Of a stretch of DNA of 20,000 bases, positions 1 to 10,197 are shown one piece after another. This DNA is from Chiloscyllium plagiosum (lineage: Eukaryota), in NCBI RefSeq assembly GCF_004010195.1, contig NC_057750.1, forward strand, positions 20,183,102 through 20,203,101, in the 5' to 3' direction. Numbering within the stretch: position 1 is the stretch's first letter; each line of letters opens with the position of its first letter. The notes below the pieces were generated by a model. It was not told the origin of the DNA, did not search any database, and was given only the letters and a program-made list of their open reading frames with translations. The translations under genes were made by a program, and so were the position numbers.

Positions 1-1027
1 GATATTCAAGCTCACAAAAAAGAACACAGATTGTGGCCCTGTAACAATGACCACAAAAATACTAACAGCTCTTATTAAATCACCAGAAATGCATTTCTAG
101 GAGAAAATAAAAAAAAGCACAGGAATAATAATAAATCAAGAAATATAATGCAAGGCTTTAAGGCCTAATAACTTAGAACCCATGGTATGCCTGTAACCTA
201 TTTCTAGTGCTGCAAAAGACTCTGCTCATAAATTATCATTAGCTCTCATCATTATGGCTAAACCTTGTCAACCACCTTAACCCAACATATGCACAAGCCA
301 TGTATCATCTCCAAGAAATGGAAACCACACCCAGAGTCTTGTCAGAACAGATCGTTAAGAAAGCATTTATTACAGACAGTTTAATAAAAACATAGACCAC
401 TGCAAAAAGATCCAAAATGCAACACTAATCCGTTGCGTCAAAGGACCACAGGCTGCTTGGCTTGCAACACAAACTGGGGACTTTTGGATTTTTAAAAGAT
501 TACGCAAAAGGAAGTTCAAAGTGTGGTATTTTTGAGGTTCCCTCCCCCAACACAGCACATCAACAGACAGCATTCTAGCTGCCATCATAGTACTTTGTGA
601 ACACTTGTGATTCAGTGAGATAGAAAGCACAGATATACGAGTTGCATTCAATGAGCAAACCCCCACTGCTGTCCTGTCCTCTCTTGGCTTTATTCCAGGA
701 GCTTGCTGTCCTTGGGACAGTTTGCTGTCAGCAACTCAGCAGCTGCAAACTACACCTATCACTAAGGGATATTACGGTGCAATACTACTAACAAAAAAAA
801 AGCTTCTAACATTGCATTAACCAGAGAAATAGTCCAGATCTTACAAAAACTAAAAAGCAGTACTGTGTCATCCTCCATCAACATCCAATTTGTTTAGTCC
901 ACTCTCCTCCCTGTCCTGGAGAACTCATATGTATATCACCACTCAACAGTCCAGGACAGCATAAAATTACTTCACTGCCAACAAAGCACAAGCAGTAAGA
1001 GAGCAGTTACTGTCATTATATAGGAAC

Positions 1028-1190
1028 TCAGTACTGACCCTTCAGATGTGACATTTTGTTCATACTGATCCTCTGACAGTGCAAAGCCCTTAGTGCACTG
1101 GAGCATTGGTCTGGATTACAGGTTCCAATGCCTGGGCTAGTGTTCAAATATCAAAATTCTTACCAAATGGTGAGAATGCAAACCATTGAC
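1028..1190 (-). mobile_element. Decayed tRNA-derived SINE head (DeuSINE/SacSINE1-like)
   Basis: ctcagtactgacc...ctctgacagtgca...gcactggag...ctggatta resembles the reverse complement of the shark DeuSINE head as recalled; heavily diverged. Confidence 0.5.
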
Positions 1191-1836
1191 ATCAGGTATG
1201 GGAACACTGGCACAAATTGCCTCTCTCCATCCTGCGCTAACTGCAGTGCTCCTGACTAGTGCCCCGCTCTTGAAGTCAGGCACATAAATGCACCCTAGCA
1301 TTTACTGCTAAACTCATGGAATGGCAAATGATCAGTAACCTGGATGCTGCAGCACATTAGATGGTCAGTAAAAGATCAGGTGACTGAGTAACTTGGAATC
1401 CTGCCACTGTGCTGGGCCAGCAAACCTATATCCACTAACAAGGAAAGATAATCTAGTCAGTTCACTCCACACTTGGCACGATTGCATCAGGTGCAGTTCA
1501 ATGAGGAAGATGTGATTTCAAGTGACACAATGCACATTACAAGGAACAACAGGGCACAAAATTATGAGGGGGATGCAAGAGTAGATGCATTTGGTCATGT
1601 GTAACTATAAAGATCTGATGATAACAGAGTAAACTGCTGAGGCAGTTAAAAAAAAAGACGTTGTAGAAAAGAGGTTACAGAAGATGCTGGTGAGAACCAG
1701 GACTTAGTAGCCTTCATTTACTTCCTGGCAACTGATATTGTGACTAAATCCCAGGAGCTTGGCTAGCATCTGTGTTGCTAATCTGAGGTGCCATGTGAGA
1801 GGGAAGAGGAAAGGGGCTTACCCATTCAGAGGTTCC

Positions 1837-2690
1837 AGTTGTATCAGCCTCCACCATGCCCTCTGGCAGCTCGCCCCATACATGCACCCTCCATATTGAG
1901 GCCTTTTAAATCTTTCCTTTCTTACTTCGAAAGTATGTCCTCCAGCTTTGGACTCTCCTACCCTGTGAAAAAGACCTTGGCTATTCACCCTATCTACACC
2001 CCTCAATTTTATAAACCGCTATAAGTTCACTCCTTAGCCTCGATGCCCCAGGGAAAACAGACCCAGCCTCTTGCTCAAATCTTCCAAACCCAGAAATATC
2101 CTTGGAAATTTTTTCTGCACTCTTTCAAGTTTAAGATCTTTCCTACAGCAGGGAGACCAGGATTGAACGCAGTATTCCAAACCTGGCCAAAACAATACTC
2201 TGTACAGCCATAACATGACATGCCAACTCCTATACTCAATGCACTGGCCAATAAAAGCAAGCATGCTAAACACTGTCTTCACTGATCTGTGCACCTGCAA
2301 ATCCATTTTCCAGGAACTATGAACCTGCACCCCAAGCTCTCTTTGTTCAGCAACATTCCTTAGGACCCTACCATTAAGTAAACAAATCCTGCATGATTTT
2401 ACTTTATCAAAATGCGACACCTGACATTTATTTAAATTAAACTTCATCTGCCACTCCTCAGCTCATTGGCCCACCTGATCAAGGTCCCATTGTACTCCGA
2501 GATAGCCTTCTGCACGTTCACTACTCACTAATTTTGGTGTCATCTGCAAACTTACTAACCATACCTTCTATACTCACATTCAAATCATTTATATAAATGA
2601 CAAAAAGTACCAATCCTTGCTACACACTGCTGGTCACAGGCCTCCAGTCTGAAAAACAGCTGTCCGCCACCACCCTCTGTCTCCTATCTT
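1837..2690 (-). mobile_element. CR1 (HER1-like) LINE fragment, ORF2 RT C-terminal half
   Basis: Minus ORF 2034-2447 reads KFNLNKCQVSHF...AEQRELGVQVH...LEYCVQSWSP...LERVQKKF...LGLFSL, canonical CR1 ORF2. The FADDTK motif is encoded on the minus strand at ~2533-2550. Confidence 0.92.
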
Positions 2691-2840
2691 CCCCACCCCC
2701 ACCCTCCTCTAGCTTATCTCTCCACGCTTCAGGTTCTCTGCCTTTATTCCTGATGAAGGGCATTTGCCCGAAACGTCGATTTCGCTGCTCCTTGGATGCT
2801 GCCTGAACTGCTGTGCTCTTCCAGCACCACTAATCCAGAA
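2691..2840 (+). mobile_element. Penelope-like element terminal (pseudo-LTR) fragment nested in the CR1
   Basis: Interrupts the CR1, which resumes at 2841 (ccaattttgtatccaaat). Contains CTGATGAAGGGCATTTGCCCGAAACGTCG followed by ggatgctgcctgaactgctgtgctcttccagc, the terminal motif I recognise from shark Penelope-like repeats. Confidence 0.7.
2746..2781 (+). ncRNA. Minimal type I hammerhead ribozyme-like motif
   Basis: CTGATGA 2750-2756, extra A 2757, stem II GGGC(2758-2761)/GCCC(2766-2769) with ATTT loop, GAAA 2770-2773, palindromic ACGT 2773-2776, GTC cleavage triplet 2775-2777. Stem I is weak (ATTC/GATT, one mismatch). Confidence 0.6.
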
Positions 2841-2893
2841 CCAATTTTGTATCCAAATGACTAGCTCTCCCTGGATTCCATATTATCTAACCT
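2841..2893 (-). mobile_element. Continuation of the CR1 fragment after the Penelope-like insert
   Basis: Reverse complement encodes GIQGELVIWIQNW, matching GIRGELAIWIQNW in the CR1 ORF at 10447-10764. Confidence 0.8.
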
Positions 2894-2904
2894 AATAGTA
2901 ATTC

Positions 2905-3298
2905 ATTAATGAGGTAAGTAGACAAGTCCTTCTGTGGCCGTAAATGCAACTCCAGGATGGTATGTTGCTCCTCAAGTGTCAGTGTTAAGGATCCTAAGGT
3001 AGGCTGAAGGGTATTATGAATGGGGTGGTTGAACAGCCAGAGACTGTGGTCCATGTTGGGATCAATAACATAGGAAGAGAAACAAAGTCCTCCAAGTGGA
3101 CTTAGGGAGTTATGTAGAAAATTGAAAACCAGAATTTCAAAGCAGTAATCTCCAGACAAATCCTTTTGCGAAGCTGTACTGAGTATAAGAATAGAAGGAT
3201 AGAACCGATTAATGTGCAGCTGAAGAGATAGGATGAAGGGTTTGAGATTTCTGAGGCATTGGGACAATATCTGGGGATGTTGTATCTGTATAAGTTGA
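2905..3298 (+). mobile_element. Decayed CR1 ORF1 (SGNH/GDSL esterase-like) fragment
   Basis: Translates to remnants FCGRKCNSRMVCC, EQPETVVHVGINNIGR, AVIS, NRRIEPINVQL, GFRFLRHWD-like and DLYK-like, typical of CR1 ORF1 esterase; multiple frameshifts. Confidence 0.75.
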
Positions 3299-3309
3299 AC
3301 AAGTCATCA

Positions 3310-3430
3310 AAATATCAAATGGATTACTCAGGTGGTCAGAGCAATGGCAAATGGAATTCAATCTGGACAAGTGTGAAGTAATGCACATGGGGAGACTAAC
3401 CGGAAAAGGGATTAAACAAGAAATGGCAAA
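3310..3430 (+). mobile_element. CR1 ORF2 RT fragment
   Basis: Encodes NGLLRWSEQWQMEFNLDKCEVMHMGR (CR1 WQMEFNxxKC motif). Confidence 0.75.
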
Positions 3431-3919
3431 AAATATATTGTACACATAGAGACTTTGACTCTAGCAGACAGCAACACACTGTGCACAGTGACACACCCAT
3501 TAGGGAAGGAATCTTTATGAATTTGTCCCAACAGTGATTTGCCAACTCCACCAATTTTGGGGTGGAAGGAGCTGCTGATATTTTTGGGAACCTTGTGTGC
3601 ACCTGCTTTACAAATCTTTCTTCCCTAATGATTAAAAACCTGACTCAAATTTAAATCCTCCAGACATTTCAACATACCTCCCAATCTGCCAATGCTTCTG
3701 CAAGATTGAAAGTTAACCCCACAAACAGAATGGAGATAAGAAATTCACTAGACAAGTTAACAAGCCACAGTCATGCCTGAAAATCCTGTGACTCAGAAAC
3801 AACTCATCCACTGATTATTCGAACAAACAGTGTAGGATATTAAATATGTTGCAAGTCTTTGGTGAAGCAACTGATGATAGCAATAAACTACCCAAATGTT
3901 CAGAATATGGAAACTCATC

Positions 3920-4029
3920 CAGCTGTTCAAGACAATTACTCACTACCACCCTCTCCACTACAACTAGGGATGGGAAATCAATGTTCGCCCCATCAGCAAT
4001 ACCTATATCCCATGAATAGAGAAAGAAAA
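3920..4029 (+). mobile_element. Decayed 3' end of a LINE/SINE (probably the family at 4821)
   Basis: ttcaag...ctcactaccaccctctcc...caactagggatggg...cccatgaat plus A-rich end resembles a recalled shark LINE 3' tail. Confidence 0.5.
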
Positions 4030-4744
4030 CTGTCATTGCATAGAGATGTATAATGCAGAAGTATGCCATTACATCCAACAGGTCTACAGTAATGTTTACA
4101 TTCTGCACAAACCTCCGACCTCCTCCCATTCTCCTAACCACATAAAACAAGAGTTACCTCCCCCAGATTTTAGTTCACAAGTTGCCAAAAGGAAAATAAG
4201 TTAGATTAAAGAAAGTGAAAGGCAGAACTGAAAGGTTTCACTTTGTTCATGTAATCTTGCTCAGATTGCACTGAGTTCTGGGTACAGTGACTCAAAGTCA
4301 TAATGGGTTTTAAGAGGTTTGGGTGCATCACAATCACCACAAAAATACCAGAACTACAATGGATCCCATCCAATATCTTTCATGCATTTCATCACTAAAA
4401 TCATGCATCAGAAGCTACAAATCAGAGAAAATCATCTGCAATCCACTTGGTAGGACAATCATTCTCTTGCTCTAATACAAAAAGAAGGTTATGTGAAGTA
4501 TCCAGCTAAAGCTAGCCTGACATTCCCAGATTATGAAAGACAGATTTGCCACATTGCCAGAGAGTCACCTGCACTCTCAAAACGGTAGGAAGGTGGTGTT
4601 CGGATTTGGGAAGCACTATTCTGGTGAGACATCAAAGCCAGATCTCAGTCAGCCCTTTCAAATGGATATAACAGAATACACAACTACTTCAGCAAAGAAA
4701 GCAAAAGGTCGCTCTGTTGTTCTGCAGCCAATTATTACACCTTT

Positions 4745-4820
4745 GCAAATATCACTGCTTACAAACTCTGGTTGTTACATTGATCTTTGTGGTGTTCCTG
4801 TGTGTAAATCAGCTGCCATC
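4745..4820 (+). mobile_element. DeuSINE-like central (Deu domain) fragment
   Basis: atcact...tctggttgttacattgatctttgtgg...ctgtgtgtaaatcagctgcc resembles the Deu core as recalled; short and diverged. Confidence 0.4.
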
Positions 4821-5733
4821 TGAATCATTTGCAGCAATCTTCAACCAGTAGTGCCGAATGTATGATTCATCTCTGCCCCCTCTGGTGGTCCCCAGCATCA
4901 CAGATGCCAGTCTTCAGGCAATTTGAAATCAAGAAACGGGTTGGAAGGCAGCAGATTCTGCAAAGGCTACAAGCCCTAACAATATAACAACAACAGTACT
5001 GAAAACTATGTTCTAGAGCTTGCATTTTCCTAGCTAAGCTGTACCAGTACAGTTACAACACTGGCGTCCAACCAGCAATGTGAAAATTTGCTCGGGTATA
5101 TTCTTTACTCAAAAAGCAGGACAAATCCAACCCAGCAAATTACCATCCCATCCTACCCTTGGTCACCAGTAAACTGATGGAAGGTGTTATCCAACGTGCT
5201 ATTCAGCAGCACTTGCTCAGCAAAAACTTGCTCAGTGATGCCTAATTTGAGTCACCCAGCTCCTGACCTATTTACAAGCCTTGGTTCAAACATGGACAAA
5301 AGAACTGAATTCAAGGGGAGGTGAGTGGGACAGTCCTTGACATCAAGACTGCATTCAACCAAGTATGGCATCAAGGAGCCCCCGAAACACTAAAATTAAT
5401 AGAAATCAGCAGGCAAACACTACTGGTTGGTGTTACAACTGGCAAATAGGAAGATATCTGTGGTTGTTGGAGGTTAGTCATTTCAGCTCCAGGACATCTC
5501 TACAGGATTTCCCTCACAGTAGGGTCCTATGTCTTACCATCTTTAGCTGATTCACTAATGACTTTCCTTCCATTAATAACAGAAGTGGGGTGTTTGCTGA
5601 TTTTCAGTACCATTTGCAACTCTGCAGATACTGAAGGAGTCTATGCTCGAATGTAACACGATCTGCACAATATCCCGCCTTGGTCTGACAAGTGACAAGT
5701 AACATTTGTGCCACATAAATGCTAGGCATGAAC
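4821..5733 (+). mobile_element. Old CR1-clade LINE (lineage distinct from HER1), RT domain, host piece 1
   Basis: Decayed frames give KKQDKSNPANYHPI, VQTWTKELNSRG, LDIKTAFNQVWHQG, QDISTGFPHSRVLCLTIFS (GVPQGSVLGP-like), VGVFAD and DK*QVTFVPHKC. Confidence 0.85.
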
Positions 5734-6196
5734 AGAGCCTTAGAAATGTACAGCAGAGAAACAGACCCTTCAGTCCAACACGTCCAAGCCGACCACATAT
5801 CCTAAACTAATCTAGTCCCATTTGCCAACACTTGGCCCATATCCCTCTCAATCCTTCCAATTCATATACCCATCCAGATGTCTTTTAAATGCTGTAACTG
5901 TACCACCCTTCACCACTTCCTCTGGCAGCTCATTCCATACATGCACCACCCTCTGCATGAAAAAGTTGCCCCTTAGGTTCATTTTATATCTTTCCCATCT
6001 CATTCTAAATCTAGTTCTGGACTCCCCTACTCCAGGGGAAAGATCTTGTCTATTTATCCTATCCATGCCCCTTATGATTTTATAAACCTCTAAGATCACC
6101 CCTCAGCCTCCAATGCTTCAGGGAAAACAGCCCCAGCCTATTCAGCCGCTCTCTCTCGCTCAAATCCTCCAACCCTGGCACCATCCTTGTAAATCT
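5734..6196 (-). mobile_element. 5'-truncated CR1 (HER1-like) 3' end inserted in the host LINE
   Basis: ORF 5848-6099 (EVYKIIRGMDRINRQDL...NFFMQRVVHVWNELPEEVV...FKRHLDGYM) is the CR1 ORF2 C-terminus. The 3' UTR matches 16700-16860 in reverse. Confidence 0.93.
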
Positions 6197-6247
6197 CTCC
6201 AAATAAGATGGAATCTTATCTTCACCCCTTGACATTCATTGACATTA
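6197..6247 (+). mobile_element. Host LINE piece 2
   Basis: Continues the host RT after KC (remnant HPLTF). Confidence 0.65.
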
Positions 6248-6571
6248 GAATCATAGAATCCCTACAGTGTGGAAAGAGGCCACTCGGCCCATCCTACAAA
6301 CAGAATCCCACTCAGACCCAACCCCCCACCTCATCTCACATTTACCATGACTAACCTACTAGTCTGCACATCCTTGGTCACTAAGCAGCAATACTGCATG
6401 ACCAATCCACCTAACCTGCATATCTTTGGACTGTGGGAAGAAACCAGAGCATCCAGAAGAAACACAGATACAGGGAATGTGCGAACTCCACACAGTCACC
6501 CAAGGCTGGAATCAAATCTGGGTCCCTGTGCTGTGAGGCAGCAGTACAAATCGCTGAGCTCAGTGCCACCC
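6248..6571 (-). mobile_element. HE1-like tRNA-derived SINE (older, diverged copy)
   Basis: Collinear with 6659-6983 (acctgcaYatctttggactgtggga, actccacacagtca, ctgtgaggcagcagt). (AGAATCAT)n tail at 6247-6260; possible TTA TSD at 6245-6247 and 6572-6574. Confidence 0.88.
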
Positions 6572-6658
6572 TTACCATTACTGAAGCCTCCACTATTAGC
6601 ATCCTGAGGATTACAATTGACCAGAAATTCAACTGGACTTGCCATATAAATACAGTAG
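6572..6658 (+). mobile_element. Host LINE piece 3
   Basis: Encodes TITEASTISILRITIDQKFNWTCHINTV (LGVTID-xxL-xW-xxHI motif), visible in ORF 6433-6663. Confidence 0.8.
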
Positions 6659-6983
6659 ATTAGATTACATTAGATTAGATTACTTACAGTGTGGAAACAG
6701 GCCCTACAGCCCAGCAAGTCCACACCGCCCTGCCGAAGCGCAACCCATCCATACCCCTACATTTACCCCTTACCTAACACTACGGGCAATTTAGCACGGC
6801 CAATTTACCTGACCTGCACATCTTTGGACTGTGGGAGGAAACCGGAGCACCCGGAGGAAACCCACGCAGACAAGGGGAGAACGTGCAAACTCCACACAGT
6901 CAGTCGCCTGAGGCGGGTATTGAACCCAGGTCTCTGGCGCTGTGAGGCAGCAGTGCTAACCACTGTGCCACCGTGCCGCCCAC
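6659..6983 (-). mobile_element. HE1-like tRNA-derived SINE, full length, young
   Basis: Minus strand starts GTGGGCGGCACGGTGGCACAGTGGTTAGCACTG (Pol III A box) with GGTTCAATACC (B box) and a V-SINE-like body. CpGs retained; (ATTAG)n tail 6659-6684; GTAG repeated at 6655-6658 and 6987-6990. Confidence 0.93.
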
Positions 6984-6986
6984 CGT

Positions 6987-7021
6987 GTAGCTAAAAGAGC
7001 AGGTTAGACGCTAGGAATACT
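6987..7021 (+). mobile_element. Host LINE piece 4
   Basis: Encodes VAKRAG*TLGIL, continuing from HINTV. Confidence 0.7.
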
Positions 7022-7028
7022 TCAGCCC

Positions 7029-7394
7029 TTGACCTTGTCCAACAGGTATGAGATTCTTGCTCCCTATACGGATGAGGAAAAGGGCTCTGGACAGGATGAG
7101 CCAGCTGACCATGGCACCATGGTGCAGAAGGCCATTCAAGAGGGGGGAGCAAAAAGACAAGTAGTTGTTATAGAGGATTCTATAATTAGGGGGACAGATA
7201 AGAAAATTAGGGAATTAAACACATGGCTAAGGGATTGGTGTGGGAAAGAGGGATTCCATTTCATGGGGCATTGGCATCAGTTTTGGAACCAGGGGGAGCT
7301 GTACCGTTGGAACGGTCTCCACCTGTACCGATCTGGTACCAATGTTCTAGCAAAGAGGATAAATAGGGTGGTCGGTAGGACTTTAAACTTCTGA
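7029..7394 (+). pseudogene. CR1 ORF1 C-terminal part (SGNH esterase-like), internally deleted
   Basis: LSNRYEIL motif and VVVIEDSIIRGTD (GDS-type block I) joined directly to KKIRELNTWLRDWC...GFHF...WNGLHL (DxxH-type block). The central blocks seen in the copy at 2905-3298 are absent. Confidence 0.85.
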
Positions 7395-7397
7395 GTT

Positions 7398-10197
7398 GTG
7401 GGGGGGGGGGGGGAAGAATTGAAAGCGACAGGGAGTATGGAGTTAAATGGAAAGATAAGCAGGAGGATAGCATGTATGCAGGTGGATTTAACCTTGAGGC
7501 AGATTAGGAATGCAACAGAAAGGAAGGATAACATAGGACATCTTATGACTTCCAATATCTCTAATGATAAGAATGTTAGCATTAAGGCACTTTACCTGAA
7601 TGCTCGTAGCATTCGTAACAAAGCAGATGAACTAATGGCACAGATCATCATGAATGATTATGATGCGGTAGGCTTCACAGAGGCGTGGTTGCAGGGGGTT
7701 CAGGACTGGCAGTTAAACATCCAAGGATTTACAACTTATCGAAAAAACAGAGAGGTGGGCAGAGGGGGCGGGGTGGCCTTGTTAGTTAAGAACACAATTA
7801 AATCTATGGCACTGAATAACATAGGGTCGGATGATGTGAAGTCTGTGTGGGTGGAATTGAGGAACCACAAAGGCAAAAAAACCATAATGGGAATTATGTA
7901 CAGACCTCCTAACAGTGGTCAGGACCAGGCGCGCAACATGTACCGGGAAATAGAGAAGGCATGTCAGAAAGGCAAGGTCACGGTGATCATGGGGGACTTC
8001 AATATGCAGGTGGACTGGGTAAATAATGTTGCCAGTTGATCCAAAGAAAGGGAATTCTTGGAATGCTTACAGGATGGCTTTTTGGAACAGCTTGTCATGG
8101 AGTCCACAAGGGAGCAGGCTATTTTGGACTTCGTGCTATGTAGTGAACCAGACTTTATAAAAGATCTTAAAGTAAGGGAACACTTAGGAAGCAGCGATCA
8201 TAATATGGTAGAGTTCAGTCTGCAGTTTGAGTTACAGTTAAATAAAGGTAATTACGAGGGCATGAGAGAGGAACTGATGAAAATCGACTGGAAGCAGAGC
8301 CTAGCGGGGAAGACAGTAGAGCAAAAATGGCAGGGGTTTGTGCGTATAATTGAGGACATAATACAGAGGTTCATCCCCAAGAAAAGATAGATTATCCGGG
8401 GAGGGATTGTTACAGTTAAATAAAGGTAATTACGAGGGCATGAGAGAGGAACTGATGAAAATCGACTGGAAGCCTAGCGGGGAAGACAGTGGAGCAAAAA
8501 TGGCAGGGGTTTGTGCGTATAATTGGGGACACAGTACAGAGGTTCATCCCCAAGAAAAGATAGATTATCCGGGGAGGGATTAGACAGCAATGGCTAACAA
8601 AGGAAGTCAGGAAATGTATCAAAGAAAAAGAGAGATCCTATAAAGTGGCCAAGAGCACTGCGAAATCAGAATATTGGGAAGACTACAAAAACAAACAGAG
8701 GATAACAAAGAGAGAAATAAGGAAGGAGAGGATCAAATATGAAGGTAGGCTAGCCAGTAATATTAGAAATGATAGTAAAAGTTTATTTCAATACATAAGA
8801 AACAAACGACAGGCAAAAGTAGACATTGGGCCACTTCAAACTGATGCTGGAAGGCTAGTGATGGGAGATAAGGAAATAGCTGGAGAACTTAATAAGTACT
8901 TTGCGTCAGTCTTCACAGTGGAAGACATGAGTAATATCCCAACAATTAAAGGGAGTCAGGGGGCAGAGTTGAATTTGGTTGCCATTACAAAAGAGATAGT
9001 GCTAGAAAAGCTAAAAGGTCTGAAAATAGACAAATCTCCTGGCCCCGATTGGCTACATCCTAGAGTTCTGAGGGAGGTGGCTGAGGAAATAGCGGAGGAG
9101 TTGGTTGAAATCTTTCAAAAGTCACTGGAGTCAGGGAAAGTCCCGGATGATTGGAAGACCGCTGTTGTAACCCCCTTGTTCAAGCAAGGATCAAGATAAA
9201 AGATGAAAAATTATAGGCCAATTAGCCTAACCTCGGTTGTTGGTAAAATTCTAGAATCCATCGTTAAGGATGAGGTTTCTAAATTCTTGGAAGAGCAGGG
9301 TCGGATTAGAACAAGTCAACATGGATTTAGTAAGGGGAGGTCGTGCCTGACAAACCTGTTAGAATTATTTGAAGAGGTAACAAGTAGGTTAGACCAGGGA
9401 AACACAGTGAATGTGGTCTATCTAGACTTCCAAAAGGCCTTTGATAAGGTGCCACACGGGAGCCTGCTGAGTAAGGTGAGGGCCCACGGTGTTCAAGGTG
9501 AGCTACTGGCATGGATTGAGGATTGGCTGTCTGACAGAAGGCAGAGAGTTGGGATAAGAGGTTATTTTTCAGATTCGCTGCCGGTGACAAACGGTGTCCC
9601 ACAGGGTTCAGTGTTGGGGCCGCAGCTGTTCACGTTATATATTAATGAGGGTTGGAATATAAAAGCAGCGATGTGCTACTGAGCCTTTATAAAGCTCTGG
9701 TTAGGCCCCATTTGGAGTACTGTGTCCAGTTTTGGGCCCCACACCTCAGGAGGGACGTACTGGCACTGGACCGTGTCCAGCAGAGATTCACAAGCATGAT
9801 CCCTGGCATGGCAGGTCTAACATACGAGGAATGGGTGAGGATCCTGGGATTGTACTCATTGGAGTTTAGAAGGTTAAGGGGAGATCTAATAGAAACTTAC
9901 AAGATAATACATGGCTTGGAAAGGGTGGACGCTAAGAAATTGTTTCCATTAGGCGAGGAGACTAGGACCCGTGGGCTCAGCCTTAGAATTAGAGAGGGTC
10001 AATTCAGAACAGAAATGCGGAGACATTTCTTCAGCCAGAGAGTGGTGGGCCTGTGGAATTCATTGCCGCAGAGTGCAGTGGAGGCCGGGACGCTAAATGT
10101 CTTCAAGGCAGAGATTGATAAATTCTTGATGTCACAAGGAATTAAGGGCTACGGGGAGAACGCAGGTGAGTGCAGTCGAAATGCCCATCAGCCATGA
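7398..10197 (+). pseudogene. CR1 ORF2 (apurinic-like endonuclease + reverse transcriptase), disrupted
   Basis: EN motifs LYLNARSIRNK, TEAWL, GGGVAL, YRPP, GDFN, SDHN; RT motifs KSPGPD, NYRPISLTS, QHGF, YLDFQKAFDKV, GVPQGSVLGP; C-terminal LEYCVQFWAP, HFFSQRVV. Stops at 8037-8039, 8388-8390, 8561-8563 and 9197-9199; FADD region missing at ~9648. Confidence 0.93.
8231..8581 (+). repeat. Tandem duplication within CR1 ORF2 (8231-8408, 178 bp; 8409-8581, 173 bp)
   Basis: Both copies start GTTACAGTTAAATAAAGG and end GGAGGGATT; they differ by 4 transitions and one 5-bp deletion. Confidence 0.97.

Noticed and set aside
370..666. 98-aa minus ORF
   Set aside because: Non-ATG start, no homology cues, ordinary AT-rich non-coding context.
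1450..1700. Possible very old RTE-like LINE remnant
   Set aside because: Similarity too faint to support without a profile search.
5631..5656. CTGAAGGAGTCTATGCTCGAATGT, superficially a second hammerhead
   Set aside because: Lacks an exact CUGANGA and GAAA, and lies in frame within the host LINE RT remnant.
6269..6994. ORFs 6269-6607, 6433-6663 and 6689-6994 (LDCGRKPEHPEETHAD...)
   Set aside because: Antisense translations of HE1-like SINEs, a common source of spurious predicted proteins.
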